From assembly GCA_003009755.1 (NCBI GenBank), contig PXUB01000039.1, forward strand, positions 19,344 to 54,741: a stretch of DNA of 35,398 bases. The letters run 5' to 3'. A program made the position numbers and the translations under genes. Source of the DNA: Thermoplasmatales archaeon SW_10_69_26 (GTDB taxonomy: Archaea > Thermoplasmatota > SW-10-69-26). Below the pieces are notes generated by a model. That model was not told the DNA's origin. It did not search any database and worked only from the letters and a program-made list of their open reading frames with translations. Numbering within the stretch: position 1 is the stretch's first letter; each line of letters opens with the position of its first letter. This document shows, piece by piece, positions 17,504 to 28,025 of the stretch.

Positions 17504-19531
17504 CTGGCCCTCAAGCCGGAGCAACTCACGCGCCTGGCGATCGTCGCCCACGACTCTCGCCAGGACGCCATCATCGAGACCCTGCACGATCTGCAGCTCG
17601 CTCACATCCAAGAGTACGCGAAGGAGGAGGCCGAGGATCTCGACATCGGGGATCCCCGGCCGGAGGCCTCCCAAGCCAGCCAGCGCCTCGTCCGCATCCG
17701 CGGCCTGCTACACACGCTGGATCTCGACGGCGAACCCTCGCGCAAGCTCCCGACCGACTCCGTCCGGCAACGCCTCGACGACCAGCTCGACACGATCGAG
17801 ACCGAGGTCCACCAGGCCAAGCAACGCCGCGACGAGGTCGAACGCGAGCTCAACCAGACCGAAGACCGCATCGAGCGCCTGCGCCCGTTTCGACACCTGC
17901 CGCTGGCGTTCGAGGACTACCACGGCTACGAGACCCTCGAGGTCTTCGTCGGCCGCGGTCCCGAGGAGCTCGAGAGACGCCTCGCCGGCGAGCTCGACCG
18001 CTACGATCACTTCGAAGGCGGCGAGCTCGACGCCGTGTTCGTCCACGAGGACGAAGCCGACCGCGCCCGCGACGTGCTCGTCCGGGAGGGCTTCCGCAAC
18101 GTGGACGTCCCCGCCGAGGAGGGCGCCCCCGACGAAGAGCTCCAGCGCGCCCGCAGCGAGGCCGAAGACCTGCGCGACGAGCTGGCTCAACGTGAGGCCC
18201 AGCTCGCCCAGCTCGCCGACCAGTACGGCGACCTGCTCCTCTGCGCCGAAGAGGACCTGTCCATCACCGTCGAGAAAGCCGAGGCCCCGCTGGAGTGGGC
18301 CGCCACCGACCGCACGTTCATCTGCGACGCCTGGGTCCCCACCCAGCAGCTCGACGAGGTGAAGACCGCCCTCACCTCGGCCACCAACGGCAACGTCCAC
18401 TTCGAGACGCTCGACGATGGAGACCCCGACGTCCACCACCGCGAGGAGGAGCCGCCGACCCGGTACGACCACCGGGACTCGGTCGAACCCTACGACTTCC
18501 TCATGGAGACCTTCTCCACGCCGCGCTACAACGAGATCGATCCCACCCTCATCCTGTCCCTCGTCTTCCCGCTGTTCCTCGGGTTCGTCATCGGCGACTT
18601 CGGCTACGGGCTCGTCATGGTGCCCTTGGGCATCTGGCTGTACCGTGGCCTGGGTGCCAAGTCCGAGGCGGCCCGTTCCCTCGGGTTCGCCATCGCCGTC
18701 GCCGGCGTGTGGTCGATCCTGTTCGGCGGGTTGCTGTTCAAAGATGCCCTAGGAATCCCCATGTACCACGCCGAGCACGGGCTCAGCTGGCCCTCGCTGC
18801 TCGGCACGATCGGGCTCGCCGAACCCGCGATCCACAAGATCGAAGCCGGCGGCGTGCGCGCCATGCTGGCGCTGTCCCTGCTGGCAGCCTTCGTGCACCT
18901 GTTCCTCGGGTTCATCTTCGGCTTCGTCAACGAGATCGGGCACAACACCAAGCACGCCATCGCGCAACTCGGTTGGATGGTCACGCTGACCGGGATCGTG
19001 CTGCTCACGATCGTCCACGGCCCGGAGAACATGATCTCCGGCTACCTGGTCAACGGCTTGGACCTGGGCCAGGCGCACTTCGATCACGGGCACGTAGAGA
19101 GCATGACGTTCAGCCCGTTCGCGCAGATGCTGCCCTGGTACTTGCTGGGGCCGGGCGTGCTCGTGCTGGTGCTCACCGAAGGCCTCATGGGCCTCATGGA
19201 GACGGTGAGCCTGCTGGCCAACGTCATCTCCTACACCCGGTTGGCCGGGATCGCCGTCGCCAAGGGCGGCATCGTGGCCGCGTTCAACGAGATCTTCCTG
19301 GAGCGGATGGTCCTGGACCCCAGCACTGGGATCCTGGTCATCGTGGCCGGGTTCGCGCTGTTCGCGATCTCCCAGTTGCTGATGTTCGTGCTGGGCTTGC
19401 TCAGCGGGGGTATCCAGAGCATCCGTCTCAACTACGTCGAGTTCTTCCTGAAGTTCTTCGAAGGCGGCGGGGAACGCTTCTCGCCGTTCGGACGAGACCG
19501 TCAGTACACGATCGGTAACGAATCGAGGTGA
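17504..19531 (+). CDS. atpI: A-type ATP synthase subunit I (a), 675 aa, apparent CTG start
   Basis: The frame is open from CTG 17504 (ALKPEQLTRLAIV...IIETLHDLQLAHI). Motifs PRYNEIDPT, GDFGYG, SYTRL and IRLNYVEFFLKFFEGGG. Confidence 0.92.
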   Translation: MALKPEQLTRLAIVAHDSRQDAIIETLHDLQLAHIQEYAKEEAEDLDIGDPRPEASQASQRLVRIRGLLHTLDLDGEPSRKLPTDSVRQRLDDQLDTIETEVHQAKQRRDEVERELNQTEDRIERLRPFRHLPLAFEDYHGYETLEVFVGRGPEELERRLAGELDRYDHFEGGELDAVFVHEDEADRARDVLVREGFRNVDVPAEEGAPDEELQRARSEAEDLRDELAQREAQLAQLADQYGDLLLCAEEDLSITVEKAEAPLEWAATDRTFICDAWVPTQQLDEVKTALTSATNGNVHFETLDDGDPDVHHREEEPPTRYDHRDSVEPYDFLMETFSTPRYNEIDPTLILSLVFPLFLGFVIGDFGYGLVMVPLGIWLYRGLGAKSEAARSLGFAIAVAGVWSILFGGLLFKDALGIPMYHAEHGLSWPSLLGTIGLAEPAIHKIEAGGVRAMLALSLLAAFVHLFLGFIFGFVNEIGHNTKHAIAQLGWMVTLTGIVLLTIVHGPENMISGYLVNGLDLGQAHFDHGHVESMTFSPFAQMLPWYLLGPGVLVLVLTEGLMGLMETVSLLANVISYTRLAGIAVAKGGIVAAFNEIFLERMVLDPSTGILVIVAGFALFAISQLLMFVLGLLSGGIQSIRLNYVEFFLKFFEGGGERFSPFGRDRQYTIGNESR

Positions 19532-19538
19532 ATCGAGA

Positions 19539-19766
19539 ATGGTTTCCGCAGGATTGGCAGGTATCGGAGTTGGGCTCGCTGTTGGACTCGCTGGTCTCGC
19601 CACGGGCTGGGCCATGCGTGACATCGGTGCCGCAGCCGTCGGCGCCACCGCCGAGAACGAGGAGATGTTCGGTCGAGGCCTCGTCCTCATGGTGATCCCG
19701 GAGACGATCGTCCTCTTCGGGTTCGTCATCGCGTTCCTCCTCCTCGGCGAGATCCCCGGTATGTGA
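19539..19766 (+). CDS. atpK: A-type ATP synthase subunit K (c), single hairpin
   Basis: Two TM helices, GAAAVGA loop and IPETI with the ion-carrying Glu. Confidence 0.93.
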   Translation: MVSAGLAGIGVGLAVGLAGLATGWAMRDIGAAAVGATAENEEMFGRGLVLMVIPETIVLFGFVIAFLLLGEIPGM

Positions 19767-19791
19767 ACCGGCGCGAGCCAGGAGAGCAACG

Positions 19792-20355
19792 ATGGGACTC
19801 GAGCAGGTCATCGACGACATCCGAGAGGAAGGCGAGGCTGAGGTCGAGGCGATCCGTGCCGAGGCCGAGGAGGAAGCCCAAGCCATCCGCGAGGACGCCG
19901 AGAACCGAGCCCAGGAACGCAAGCAGGAGATCCTGGACGAGGCCGACGACGAAGCCGAGGCCGAGCGCCAGCGCATCGTCGCGAACGCTCAGCTGCAAGC
20001 CAAGAAGAAGCGGCTCAACGCCGAATCCGACGTCCTGTCGTCGGTGCGCTCCCGCGTCGAGTCCCGGTTGGCGAACCTCGACGAGGACGACCGCCGCGAG
20101 CTGATCGAAACCTACATCGAGGGGTCCGGCGCCGACGAGCTCGGCGACGGGGCCAAGGCCTGGGGTCGATCGGAGGACCAGGCCATCCTCGAGGATCTCG
20201 GCTTCACCTTCGAGGGCGAGATCGACTGCGTCGGCGGCACCGTGCTCGAGAGCCCGGAGGGCGACATCCGCGAGGATCTCCGGTTCGACGAGGTTCTCGA
20301 CGAGATCTGGCGCGAGGAGATCCACGAGATCGCCTCCGACCTCCTGGAGCGGTGA
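19792..20355 (+). CDS. atpE: A-type ATP synthase subunit E
   Basis: MGLEQVIDDI...IDCVGGTVLES; operon position. Confidence 0.92.
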   Translation: MGLEQVIDDIREEGEAEVEAIRAEAEEEAQAIREDAENRAQERKQEILDEADDEAEAERQRIVANAQLQAKKKRLNAESDVLSSVRSRVESRLANLDEDDRRELIETYIEGSGADELGDGAKAWGRSEDQAILEDLGFTFEGEIDCVGGTVLESPEGDIREDLRFDEVLDEIWREEIHEIASDLLER

Positions 20356-20357
20356 CG

Positions 20358-21419
20358 ATGTTCTCCGGAGTGGGCGAGTTGCTGGGCATGGGATCCTCGG
20401 GCGGCGGACGCTCGAACTACCCCTACGTGACCGCACGCGTGCGATCGATGAAGACCCACCTGTTGCCCGAGGAGGAATACGCACGGATGGTCGCTCGCGA
20501 CGTGCACGAGATCGCCCGCTCCCTGCAGGAGGGCCGCTACCAGGAGCAGATCGACCGGCTGTCCTCCGAGTACAGCGGTGCCCAGCTCATCGAGCAAGCG
20601 ACCTGGCAAGGCATGGGCAACGACTTCCAGCGCATCCTCGAGTGGTGCGAGGGCCCGCTCGAGGACATGGTGGCCCGCTACTTCGAGCGGTTCACCGTCT
20701 ACAACCTGAAGACCGCGCTCCGCGGCGCGCGAAGCGGCGCCACGTCCACGCAGTCCGAGCAAGCGCTCGTCCCCGTCGGCCTCGTCGCCCGCGACGACTG
20801 GCGAGCCGCGCTCAACGCGGACTCGCTGCCCGAAGCGATCGAGGCGCTGCGCACGCTCCCGTACGGGGACGTGATCCAGAACATGGACGAGGAGCCGTTG
20901 CCCGTCATCGAGAACGCGCTGGACCACGCCTACTACGACCGGTTGATCTCGTCGGTCGAGGCCGACGATCGGCCGCGCGAGGCCTACCTGACGTTCCTCC
21001 GCCGCGAGATCGACACCATCAACCTCAAGAACATCTTCCGCGCCAAACACGCGGGCATCGAAGAGTACGAGCACGTCGAGGGCGGCGAGGACGTCGACGA
21101 GGAGCTGGCCCGTCGCATCCTGCAAGCCGACTGGGAGGAGGTCTCCGCCATGCTCGACGAGACGGCCTACGGGGACGATCTCCGTCCGGCCGTCGAGGAC
21201 TACCGCGAGTCCGGTGACCTGAACCGGCTCGCCAACGAGCTCGAGACCCTGCACCTGGAGGAAGCCGACACCTTCGGCCACCGCTACCCGCTTTCCATCC
21301 TCCCGATCATCGACTACGTGCTCCGCAAAGAGCGAGAGGTCGACCGCCTGCGCATGATCGCGTTCGGCAAACAGGCCGGCCTCTCCCGAGACGAGATCGA
21401 ACAACTGGTAACGGACTGA
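20358..21419 (+). CDS. atpC: A-type ATP synthase subunit C
   Basis: NYPYVTARVRSMK, YNLKTALRG, EIDTINLK and KEREVDRLRMIA. The start could be 20352, 20358 or 20388. Confidence 0.92.
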   Translation: MFSGVGELLGMGSSGGGRSNYPYVTARVRSMKTHLLPEEEYARMVARDVHEIARSLQEGRYQEQIDRLSSEYSGAQLIEQATWQGMGNDFQRILEWCEGPLEDMVARYFERFTVYNLKTALRGARSGATSTQSEQALVPVGLVARDDWRAALNADSLPEAIEALRTLPYGDVIQNMDEEPLPVIENALDHAYYDRLISSVEADDRPREAYLTFLRREIDTINLKNIFRAKHAGIEEYEHVEGGEDVDEELARRILQADWEEVSAMLDETAYGDDLRPAVEDYRESGDLNRLANELETLHLEEADTFGHRYPLSILPIIDYVLRKEREVDRLRMIAFGKQAGLSRDEIEQLVTD

Positions 21420-21426
21420 GCCCACG

Positions 21427-21735
21427 ATGGACGAGAAACAACTGGCTGCGATCGGTCCCGAGGACTTCGTGCTCGGGTTCCAACTCGCGGGCGTCGAGGA
21501 GGCCCGGGAGACGACCCCGGCGTCCTACGAAGAGGACATCCAAGCCCTCCTCGACCATCCCGACGTGGGCATCATCATCGCGCGCCACGAGGACGTGGCG
21601 TCGCTTCCCGACAACGTACGGTCGGAGGTCACCGGTTCCGTGGACCCCGTCGTCATCCAGCTGGGTGGCGGAGCCGGCGAGGGCCTCCGAGAACAGATCC
21701 GATCAGCGATCGGTATCGACCTCATGGAAGAGTGA
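21427..21735 (+). CDS. atpF: A-type ATP synthase subunit F
   Basis: [17 protein letters not shown]...[13 protein letters not shown]. Confidence 0.93.
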   Translation: MDEKQLAAIGPEDFVLGFQLAGVEEARETTPASYEEDIQALLDHPDVGIIIARHEDVASLPDNVRSEVTGSVDPVVIQLGGGAGEGLREQIRSAIGIDLMEE

Positions 21736-21740
21736 TCCAC

Positions 21741-23501
21741 ATGGCCATGGCAGACCAACAGACCGAGTCCGGCGGCCGCATCACGCGCGTGGCTGGGCCC
21801 GTCGTGACCGCCGAAGGCCTCACCAGCGGCATGTACGACGTCGTGTACGTCGGCGAGGAGGAGCTGATGGGTGAGGTGATCGAGATCGACGGCGACAAGA
21901 CCCTCATCCAAGTGTACGAGGAGACGGGGGGCATCAAGCCCGGCGAACCCGTCGAGGAGACGCACCAGCCGCTCACCGTCGACCTCGCCCCCGGGCTCGT
22001 GTCGTCCGTGTACGACGGCATCCAGCGCCCGCTCGACACCCTGCGCGCCGAGATGGGCGACTTCATCGACCGCGGCGTCACCGCGCCCGGCGTCGATCTC
22101 GACAAGACGTGGGAGTTCAACCCCACCGTCAGCGAGGGCGACCCGGTCGAGGCTGGCGACGTGATCGGCAAGGTCCCCGAATCCCCGTCGATCACCCACC
22201 GCGTCATGGTCCCCCCGAACGTCGAGGGGACCGTCGCCGAGATCGAGCAAGGCGAGTTCACGGTCGAGGAGACCGTGTGCCGGCTCGAAGACGGCACCGA
22301 GATCCGGATGCGGCAGGAGTGGCCGGTCCGCGAGGCCCGTCCCTACGAGACCAAGCACCGCCCGACGGTGCCCCTCATCACCGGGCAGCGCATCCTGGAC
22401 ACCTTGTTCCCGATCGCCAAGGGCGGCACGGCCGCGATCCCGGGCCCGTTCGGCTCCGGGAAGACGGTCACCCAGCAGTCCCTGGCTAAGTGGAGCGACG
22501 CCGACCTCGTCGTCTACATCGGGTGCGGCGAGCGCGGCAACGAGATGACCGAGGTCCTCGAGGAGTTCCCCGAGCTCGAGGACCCGCAGACCGGTAACGC
22601 GCTGATGGACCGCACCGTCCTCATCGCGAACACCTCCAACATGCCGGTCGCGGCCCGCGAATCTTCGATTTACACAGGGATCACGATCGCCGAGTACTAC
22701 CGCGACATGGGGTACAGCGTGGCCCTCATGGCCGACTCCACGTCGCGGTGGGCCGAAGCGATGCGCGAGATCAGCTCCCGGCTCGAGGAGATGCCCGGCG
22801 AGGAGGGCTACCCGGCCTACCTGGCGGCCCGCCTGGCCGAGTTCTACGAGCGAGCTGGCCGCGTCGAGACGCTGAACGGCAAGGAAGGCTCCGTCACCGT
22901 GATCGGGGCCGTGTCCCCGCCCGGCGGTGACTTCTCCGAGCCGGTCACCCAGAACACGCTGCGCATCGTCAAGGTGTTCTGGGCCCTGGACAGCGACCTC
23001 GCCCAACGCCGGCACTTCCCGGCGATCAACTGGCTCGACAGCTACTCGCTGTACGAGTCCGACCTCGAAGGGTGGTTCGAGGACGAGGTCGACGAGGAGT
23101 GGGGCGACCTGCGCACGCAGATCATGGACATCCTGCAGGAGGAGTCCGAGCTGCAGGACATCGTGCAGCTCGTCGGATCCGACGCGCTGCCCGAGGACCA
23201 GCAGCTCACGCTCGAGGTTGCCCGCCTCATCCGTGAGGTGTTCCTCCAGCAGAACGCCTTCCACCCGGTCGAGACGTACAGCGCTCCCCAGAAGAGCTTC
23301 AAGATCCTCAAGGGCATCCAGCGGTTCAACGAGCTCGCGCGCGAGGCGCTCGACGAGGGCGTCCCCGTCGCCGAGATCAAGGACACCAGCGCGCCCGCCG
23401 AGCTCGCGCAGGCCCGCAACGAAGAGGACTTCGATCCGGTCTACGAGGACGTGATGCAGATGATGGAAGACGAGTTCGCGGAGCTCACGGAGGCGGTCTG
23501 A
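21741..23501 (+). CDS. atpA: A-type ATP synthase catalytic subunit A (no intein)
   Basis: [25 protein letters not shown] and [12 protein letters not shown]. Confidence 0.97.
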   Translation: MAMADQQTESGGRITRVAGPVVTAEGLTSGMYDVVYVGEEELMGEVIEIDGDKTLIQVYEETGGIKPGEPVEETHQPLTVDLAPGLVSSVYDGIQRPLDTLRAEMGDFIDRGVTAPGVDLDKTWEFNPTVSEGDPVEAGDVIGKVPESPSITHRVMVPPNVEGTVAEIEQGEFTVEETVCRLEDGTEIRMRQEWPVREARPYETKHRPTVPLITGQRILDTLFPIAKGGTAAIPGPFGSGKTVTQQSLAKWSDADLVVYIGCGERGNEMTEVLEEFPELEDPQTGNALMDRTVLIANTSNMPVAARESSIYTGITIAEYYRDMGYSVALMADSTSRWAEAMREISSRLEEMPGEEGYPAYLAARLAEFYERAGRVETLNGKEGSVTVIGAVSPPGGDFSEPVTQNTLRIVKVFWALDSDLAQRRHFPAINWLDSYSLYESDLEGWFEDEVDEEWGDLRTQIMDILQEESELQDIVQLVGSDALPEDQQLTLEVARLIREVFLQQNAFHPVETYSAPQKSFKILKGIQRFNELAREALDEGVPVAEIKDTSAPAELAQARNEEDFDPVYEDVMQMMEDEFAELTEAV

Positions 23502-23502
23502 G

Positions 23503-24936
23503 ATGACGAAGGAGTACAAGACGGTCTCCGAGATCTCCGGCCCGCTCGTGTTCGTCGAACGAACCGAACCGGTCGGCTTCAACGAACTCGTCGAGATCAC
23601 CATGCCCAACGGCGACCGGCGCCGCGGGCAAGTGCTCGACACGAGCGAGGACTACGTCGCCGTGCAGGTGTTCGAGGGCACGACCGGCATCAACCGCGAT
23701 GCCTCGGTCAAGTTCCTCGGCGAAACCCTCAAGCTCCCGGTGAGCGAGGACCTGCTCGGCCGCATCCTCTCCGGCAGCGGCGACCCGCTCGACGGCGGTC
23801 CCGACGTCGTGCCCGAGGAACGGCTCGACATCGAGGGCGCCGCGATCAACCCGTGGGCCCGCGAGGAACCCAACGAGTGGATCCAAACCGGGATCAGCAC
23901 GATCGACGGCATGAACACGCTGGTCCGCGGTCAAAAGCTCCCGATCTTCTCGTCCAGCGGGCTCCCGCACAACGACATCGCGCTGCAGATCGCCCGCCAA
24001 GCCCAGGTGCGCGGCACCGACGAGGAGTTCGCCGTCGTGTTCTGCGCGATGGGCATCACGCACGAGGAGTCCTCGCAGTTCATGTCCCAGTTCGAGCAGA
24101 CCGGCGCCCTCGAGCGCGCGGTCGTGTTCCTCAACCTGGCCGACGACCCGGCCATCGAGCGCATGATCACCCCCCGGATGGCGCTCACCGCGGCCGAGTA
24201 CCTGGCCTACGAGCACGACTACCACGTGCTCGTGATCCTCACCGACATGACCAACTACTGCGAGTCGCTGCGCCAGATCGGCGCCGCTCGCGAAGAGGTC
24301 CCCGGTCGCCGCGGCTACCCCGGGTACATGTACACCGACCTGGCGATGCTCTACGAGCGCGCCGGCCGGATCGAGGGCCGCGATGGCACCATCACGCAGA
24401 TGCCGATCCTCACGATGCCGGGCGGCGACATCACGCACCCGATCCCGGACCTGACCGGGTACATCACCGAGGGCCAGCTCGTGGTCGATCGCGACCTCCA
24501 CCAGAAGGGCATCTACCCCCCGATCGACGTGCTGCCGTCCCTGTCCCGCCTGATGGAGGGCGGCATCGGGGAAGGCCTCACGCGCGAGGACCACGGCGGC
24601 GTCAGCGACCAGTGCTACGCCGCGTACGCTGAGGGCAAGGACCTGCGCGGCCTCGTCAACATCGTCGGCGAGGAGGCGCTCAGCGACCGCGACCAGGACT
24701 ACCTGGACTTCGCCGACGCCTTCGAGGACGAGTTCGTCCGCCAAGGCCGCGAAGAGGACCGCGCGATCGAGGAGACGCTCGGCATCGGCTGGGAGCTGCT
24801 CGCCAAGCTCGACACCGACGAGCTCAACCGCATCGACCGCGAGAACGTCGAGACCTACCACCCCGAGCTCGGATCCGCGTCCCCGGACGAGTCGGCCGCC
24901 GACGCGTCCGGCGAAGAGCTCGAGGCCGAGGCCTGA
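23503..24936 (+). CDS. atpB: A-type ATP synthase subunit B
   Basis: [23 protein letters not shown] and [15 protein letters not shown]. Confidence 0.97.
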   Translation: MTKEYKTVSEISGPLVFVERTEPVGFNELVEITMPNGDRRRGQVLDTSEDYVAVQVFEGTTGINRDASVKFLGETLKLPVSEDLLGRILSGSGDPLDGGPDVVPEERLDIEGAAINPWAREEPNEWIQTGISTIDGMNTLVRGQKLPIFSSSGLPHNDIALQIARQAQVRGTDEEFAVVFCAMGITHEESSQFMSQFEQTGALERAVVFLNLADDPAIERMITPRMALTAAEYLAYEHDYHVLVILTDMTNYCESLRQIGAAREEVPGRRGYPGYMYTDLAMLYERAGRIEGRDGTITQMPILTMPGGDITHPIPDLTGYITEGQLVVDRDLHQKGIYPPIDVLPSLSRLMEGGIGEGLTREDHGGVSDQCYAAYAEGKDLRGLVNIVGEEALSDRDQDYLDFADAFEDEFVRQGREEDRAIEETLGIGWELLAKLDTDELNRIDRENVETYHPELGSASPDESAADASGEELEAEA

Positions 24937-24959
24937 CCCCCGACGCGAGGCTCTCCCCC

Positions 24960-25643
24960 ATGGACCCCAAGGACGTCAAACCGACCCGGATGAAGCTCCT
25001 CGAGCTCAAGGACCGCATCGAGCTCTCCGAGAAGGGCCACAACCTGCTCGAGATGAAACGCGACGGTCTCATCATCGAGTTCTTCGACCTGCTCGAGGAG
25101 GCCAAGGACGCCATGACGAAGCTCGAGGACAAGCACGAGGACGCCACCCGCGCCCTCGCCATCGCCCAAGCCGTCGAGGGCACCATCCCCGTGCGATCGG
25201 CGGCGCTGTCGCTCGAGAACAGCCCTCGCATCGAGATCGGGACGAAGAACATCATGGGCGTCGTCGTCCCGGAGATCGAGGGGGAGAGCGTGCACACCGA
25301 CGTCTCCGAACGCGGGTACGGCACGATCGGCACCTCGCCCCGCATCGACACGGCCGTCGACGCCTACGAGGACCTCGTCGACGCCATCATCGCGGCCGCG
25401 GAGGCCGAAACCGCTCTCCGCAAGCTCCTCGACGAGATCGAGAAGACCAAGCGCCGCGTGAACGCGCTGGAGTTCAAGGTCATCCCCGAGCTCGAGGAAG
25501 CCCGCGACTTCATCGAGTTCCGGCTCGAGGAGCAGGAGCGCGAGGAGACCTTCCGTCTCAAGAAGATCAAGGACAAGAAAGAAGAAGAGGAGAAGGCCGC
25601 CCGCGAAGAGGCGGCGCGCCGTCGCGAGGAAGCCGAGAGCTGA
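24960..25643 (+). CDS. atpD: A-type ATP synthase subunit D
   Basis: [16 protein letters not shown] and TKRRVNALE. Confidence 0.95.
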   Translation: MDPKDVKPTRMKLLELKDRIELSEKGHNLLEMKRDGLIIEFFDLLEEAKDAMTKLEDKHEDATRALAIAQAVEGTIPVRSAALSLENSPRIEIGTKNIMGVVVPEIEGESVHTDVSERGYGTIGTSPRIDTAVDAYEDLVDAIIAAAEAETALRKLLDEIEKTKRRVNALEFKVIPELEEARDFIEFRLEEQEREETFRLKKIKDKKEEEEKAAREEAARRREEAES

Positions 25644-25654
25644 CCGTCCCCCTC

Positions 25655-25716
25655 GTCGTCGGCCGGGGCCGACGACCTCTCGTCTCCCTTGTTTTCCTTC
25701 CCCGTCTTCTTCCCCC
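25655..25716 (+). terminator. Probable atp operon terminator
   Basis: Inverted repeat GTCGTCGGCC/GGCCGACGAC (25655-25676) followed by a long pyrimidine tract containing TTGTTTTCCTT. Confidence 0.55.
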
Positions 25717-25807
25717 ACACCCCGCTCCGCGTCCAGCCAGACGGCTGAGGGGCGAACATCTGCTGGACAGGGAACCCCGATGAGGGGGCAGCGACTCTGG
25801 CTGAGGT

Positions 25808-26509
25808 ATGCGCGAGGGCCGAACCACGAGCGACACGGCGACGTGGAAGCGCGTAGCGAAGACCGCCGCCGGCGGGACGCTGGTCGCCTGGGGTCTGCGA
25901 CGCCGGACCGTGCCCGGCTACATCGCCGCCCTCACCGGCGGCGTGCTCGCCTACCGCGGGCTGCGAGGCGCGGACGTCGAGATCCACCTGGAGAACCTCG
26001 AGGCGCAGGCCCAAGCGGTCGACGTGGAGCGCTCGTTGACGATCGCGGCGCCCGCCGACGACGTGCGCGCCTTCCTGTCCGACCCCGACCGGTTGGACGA
26101 GGCTCTGGACGAGGTGGGCACGGTCGAGGCGCTCAGCGAGGCCCGCCAACGGTGGACGCTGCACAGCCCCACGGGGCACGCGCTCAGCTGGGATATGCGG
26201 CGCGAGGACATGGGCACCGAGGACGAGATGGAGTGGACGTCCACCGGCGATCTCGACGTGGGGATCACGCTCGCCCTCGAACCCACCGACGAGGACACGA
26301 CGGTGACCACGATGACGCTCACCGTCGAACCGCCTGGAGGCTCGATCGGTCAAGCGCTGACCGAACGCCTCGACGTCGTGCCCCAGGCCCTCGTCGCCGG
26401 GTTCCTGCAGCGGACCAAGACCCTCCTCGAGGGCGAGCACCGACGATCGGTGGGCGCCCTCGACACCGGGTCTCCGGCGACCGGTGCCGGGCCCGGGTCG
26501 ACGCACTGA
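25808..26509 (+). CDS. SRPBCC/polyketide-cyclase family protein with an N-terminal DUF2892-like membrane segment
   Basis: GGTLVAWGLRRR...LAYRGLRG; VERSLTIAAPADDVRAF; RWT...LSWD; PPGG; RTKTLLE. Confidence 0.75.
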   Translation: MREGRTTSDTATWKRVAKTAAGGTLVAWGLRRRTVPGYIAALTGGVLAYRGLRGADVEIHLENLEAQAQAVDVERSLTIAAPADDVRAFLSDPDRLDEALDEVGTVEALSEARQRWTLHSPTGHALSWDMRREDMGTEDEMEWTSTGDLDVGITLALEPTDEDTTVTTMTLTVEPPGGSIGQALTERLDVVPQALVAGFLQRTKTLLEGEHRRSVGALDTGSPATGAGPGSTH

Positions 26510-26559
26510 ACGTGTGACCTCGACCACGGGCTTTCCCCCCGCCGGTCCCCGTTGGCGTT

Positions 26560-27849
26560 GTGCGGCTGCTGCAGTTCCCCGCACCCGACGACCAGCGAGA
26601 CGACCTGTTGGGGGTGCTCGACGACGAGGACCTCGCCTACACCCTCAGCCAGGGCGCCGACGAGCAGGCCGGGACGACCCTCGTGACCACCGCCATGCCG
26701 GCCGACGCGGTCGAGGACGTGCTCGACGATCTCACCGAGGCCGGCCTGGACCCGGACGCGTTCACCGCATCCGTCGACGCCGAGTTCGTCCACTTCGACC
26801 AGGCCGACGAGGTGCAGAACCGTTGGAGCACGACGCCCAACCGCATCGCCCCCCGCACCCTGCGGTCGAAGGCCAAGGACCTGCGGCTCAACTCGCGCTC
26901 CTACGTGCGGATGATGGTCCTCAGCGCGATCGTCGCCACCGCCGGTCTCCTGTTGCGCTCCCCCGCGGTCGTGGTGGGCTCGATGGTGATCGCACCGATC
27001 GTGAGCCCGATGCTGACGGCCAGCGTGGGCGCCGTGCGCAACGACCGCGACATGCTCGTCCACAGCCTGCACCTGCAAGCTCTCGGGTTGGGCCTGGCGA
27101 TCGCGACGGCCGCGTCGACCGCCTGGCTCGTGCGGACCGGCGACGTCGTGGCCGGCGGGCTGGCCGTCGAGACGATGGGGTTGATCAGCTTGCGCATCTC
27201 GCCCAGCATGTTGGCGGTCGTCGTCGGCCTCTGCGCGGGCGCCGCCGGCGCCTTCGGCCTGGCCACGAAGGGCCAGGTGACGATCGTGGGCGTCATGATC
27301 GCGGCCGCGCTCATCCCGACCGCGGCCGCCGCCGGCATCGGGCTCGCCTGGGCGGATCCCGTCGTCGCGCTCGGGGCCACCCTGCTGCTCGTGTTGAGCC
27401 TCGTCACGGTCAACGTCGGCGCGACCGCGATGCTAGTCTACCTCGACTACCGCCCCGACGAGGTCGACGATCCCATCCTCTCGTTCGAGACCGCCGGGCA
27501 GGCCCTCACCGTGACGGCGACGCTGGGCCTGACCCTGCTGGCCGTCGTCGCCGTGGGCGTCCTCTTCGTCCAACAGAGCGGGTTCGAACGCGACGTGAAC
27601 CGAGCCGTCGGGGACGTGCTGGCCGAGGAGGCCTACGATGGCCTCGGCGTCGAGGCGCTCACCGTCGAGTACCGCACCCCGCTGTCGGCCGACCCCCCGA
27701 CCGTGACGGTCGAGATCGCCCGAGGGCAAGGCCCCGACCACCCGGCCCTGGCCGAGCGGTTGAGCGAAGCGATCGCCGAGCGCACCGGGCACGACGTGCG
27801 CGTCCAGGTCACGTTCGTCGACTACCAGCGATCGCCCCCGGGGAACTGA
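26560..27849 (+). CDS. TIGR00341/DUF389 family membrane protein
   Basis: MRLLQ start, SAIVATAGLL.SPAVVVGSMVIAP, GVMIAAALIP and multiple TM helices. Confidence 0.85.
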   Translation: MRLLQFPAPDDQRDDLLGVLDDEDLAYTLSQGADEQAGTTLVTTAMPADAVEDVLDDLTEAGLDPDAFTASVDAEFVHFDQADEVQNRWSTTPNRIAPRTLRSKAKDLRLNSRSYVRMMVLSAIVATAGLLLRSPAVVVGSMVIAPIVSPMLTASVGAVRNDRDMLVHSLHLQALGLGLAIATAASTAWLVRTGDVVAGGLAVETMGLISLRISPSMLAVVVGLCAGAAGAFGLATKGQVTIVGVMIAAALIPTAAAAGIGLAWADPVVALGATLLLVLSLVTVNVGATAMLVYLDYRPDEVDDPILSFETAGQALTVTATLGLTLLAVVAVGVLFVQQSGFERDVNRAVGDVLAEEAYDGLGVEALTVEYRTPLSADPPTVTVEIARGQGPDHPALAERLSEAIAERTGHDVRVQVTFVDYQRSPPGN

Positions 27850-28025
27850 GCGGTGGGCTGGGTCCGCTGGGTGTTGCTGGAGGGCGGCCCCACCCGGTTG
27901 GTCGCGCTCGTGGTCGGGCTCGCGTTCGTGGCGCTGCTGGTGGCTCGTTCCTCTCCCGACCCAGGTGAGCCCGAACGACGTCCCTCAACACCAACGCCCA
28001 TGCCCATCCAAGACCATGGGGACCC

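Noticed and set aside
21741-24936. Inteins in AtpA/AtpB
   Set aside because: Lengths are normal, and the GKT-VTQ region of AtpA is uninterrupted.
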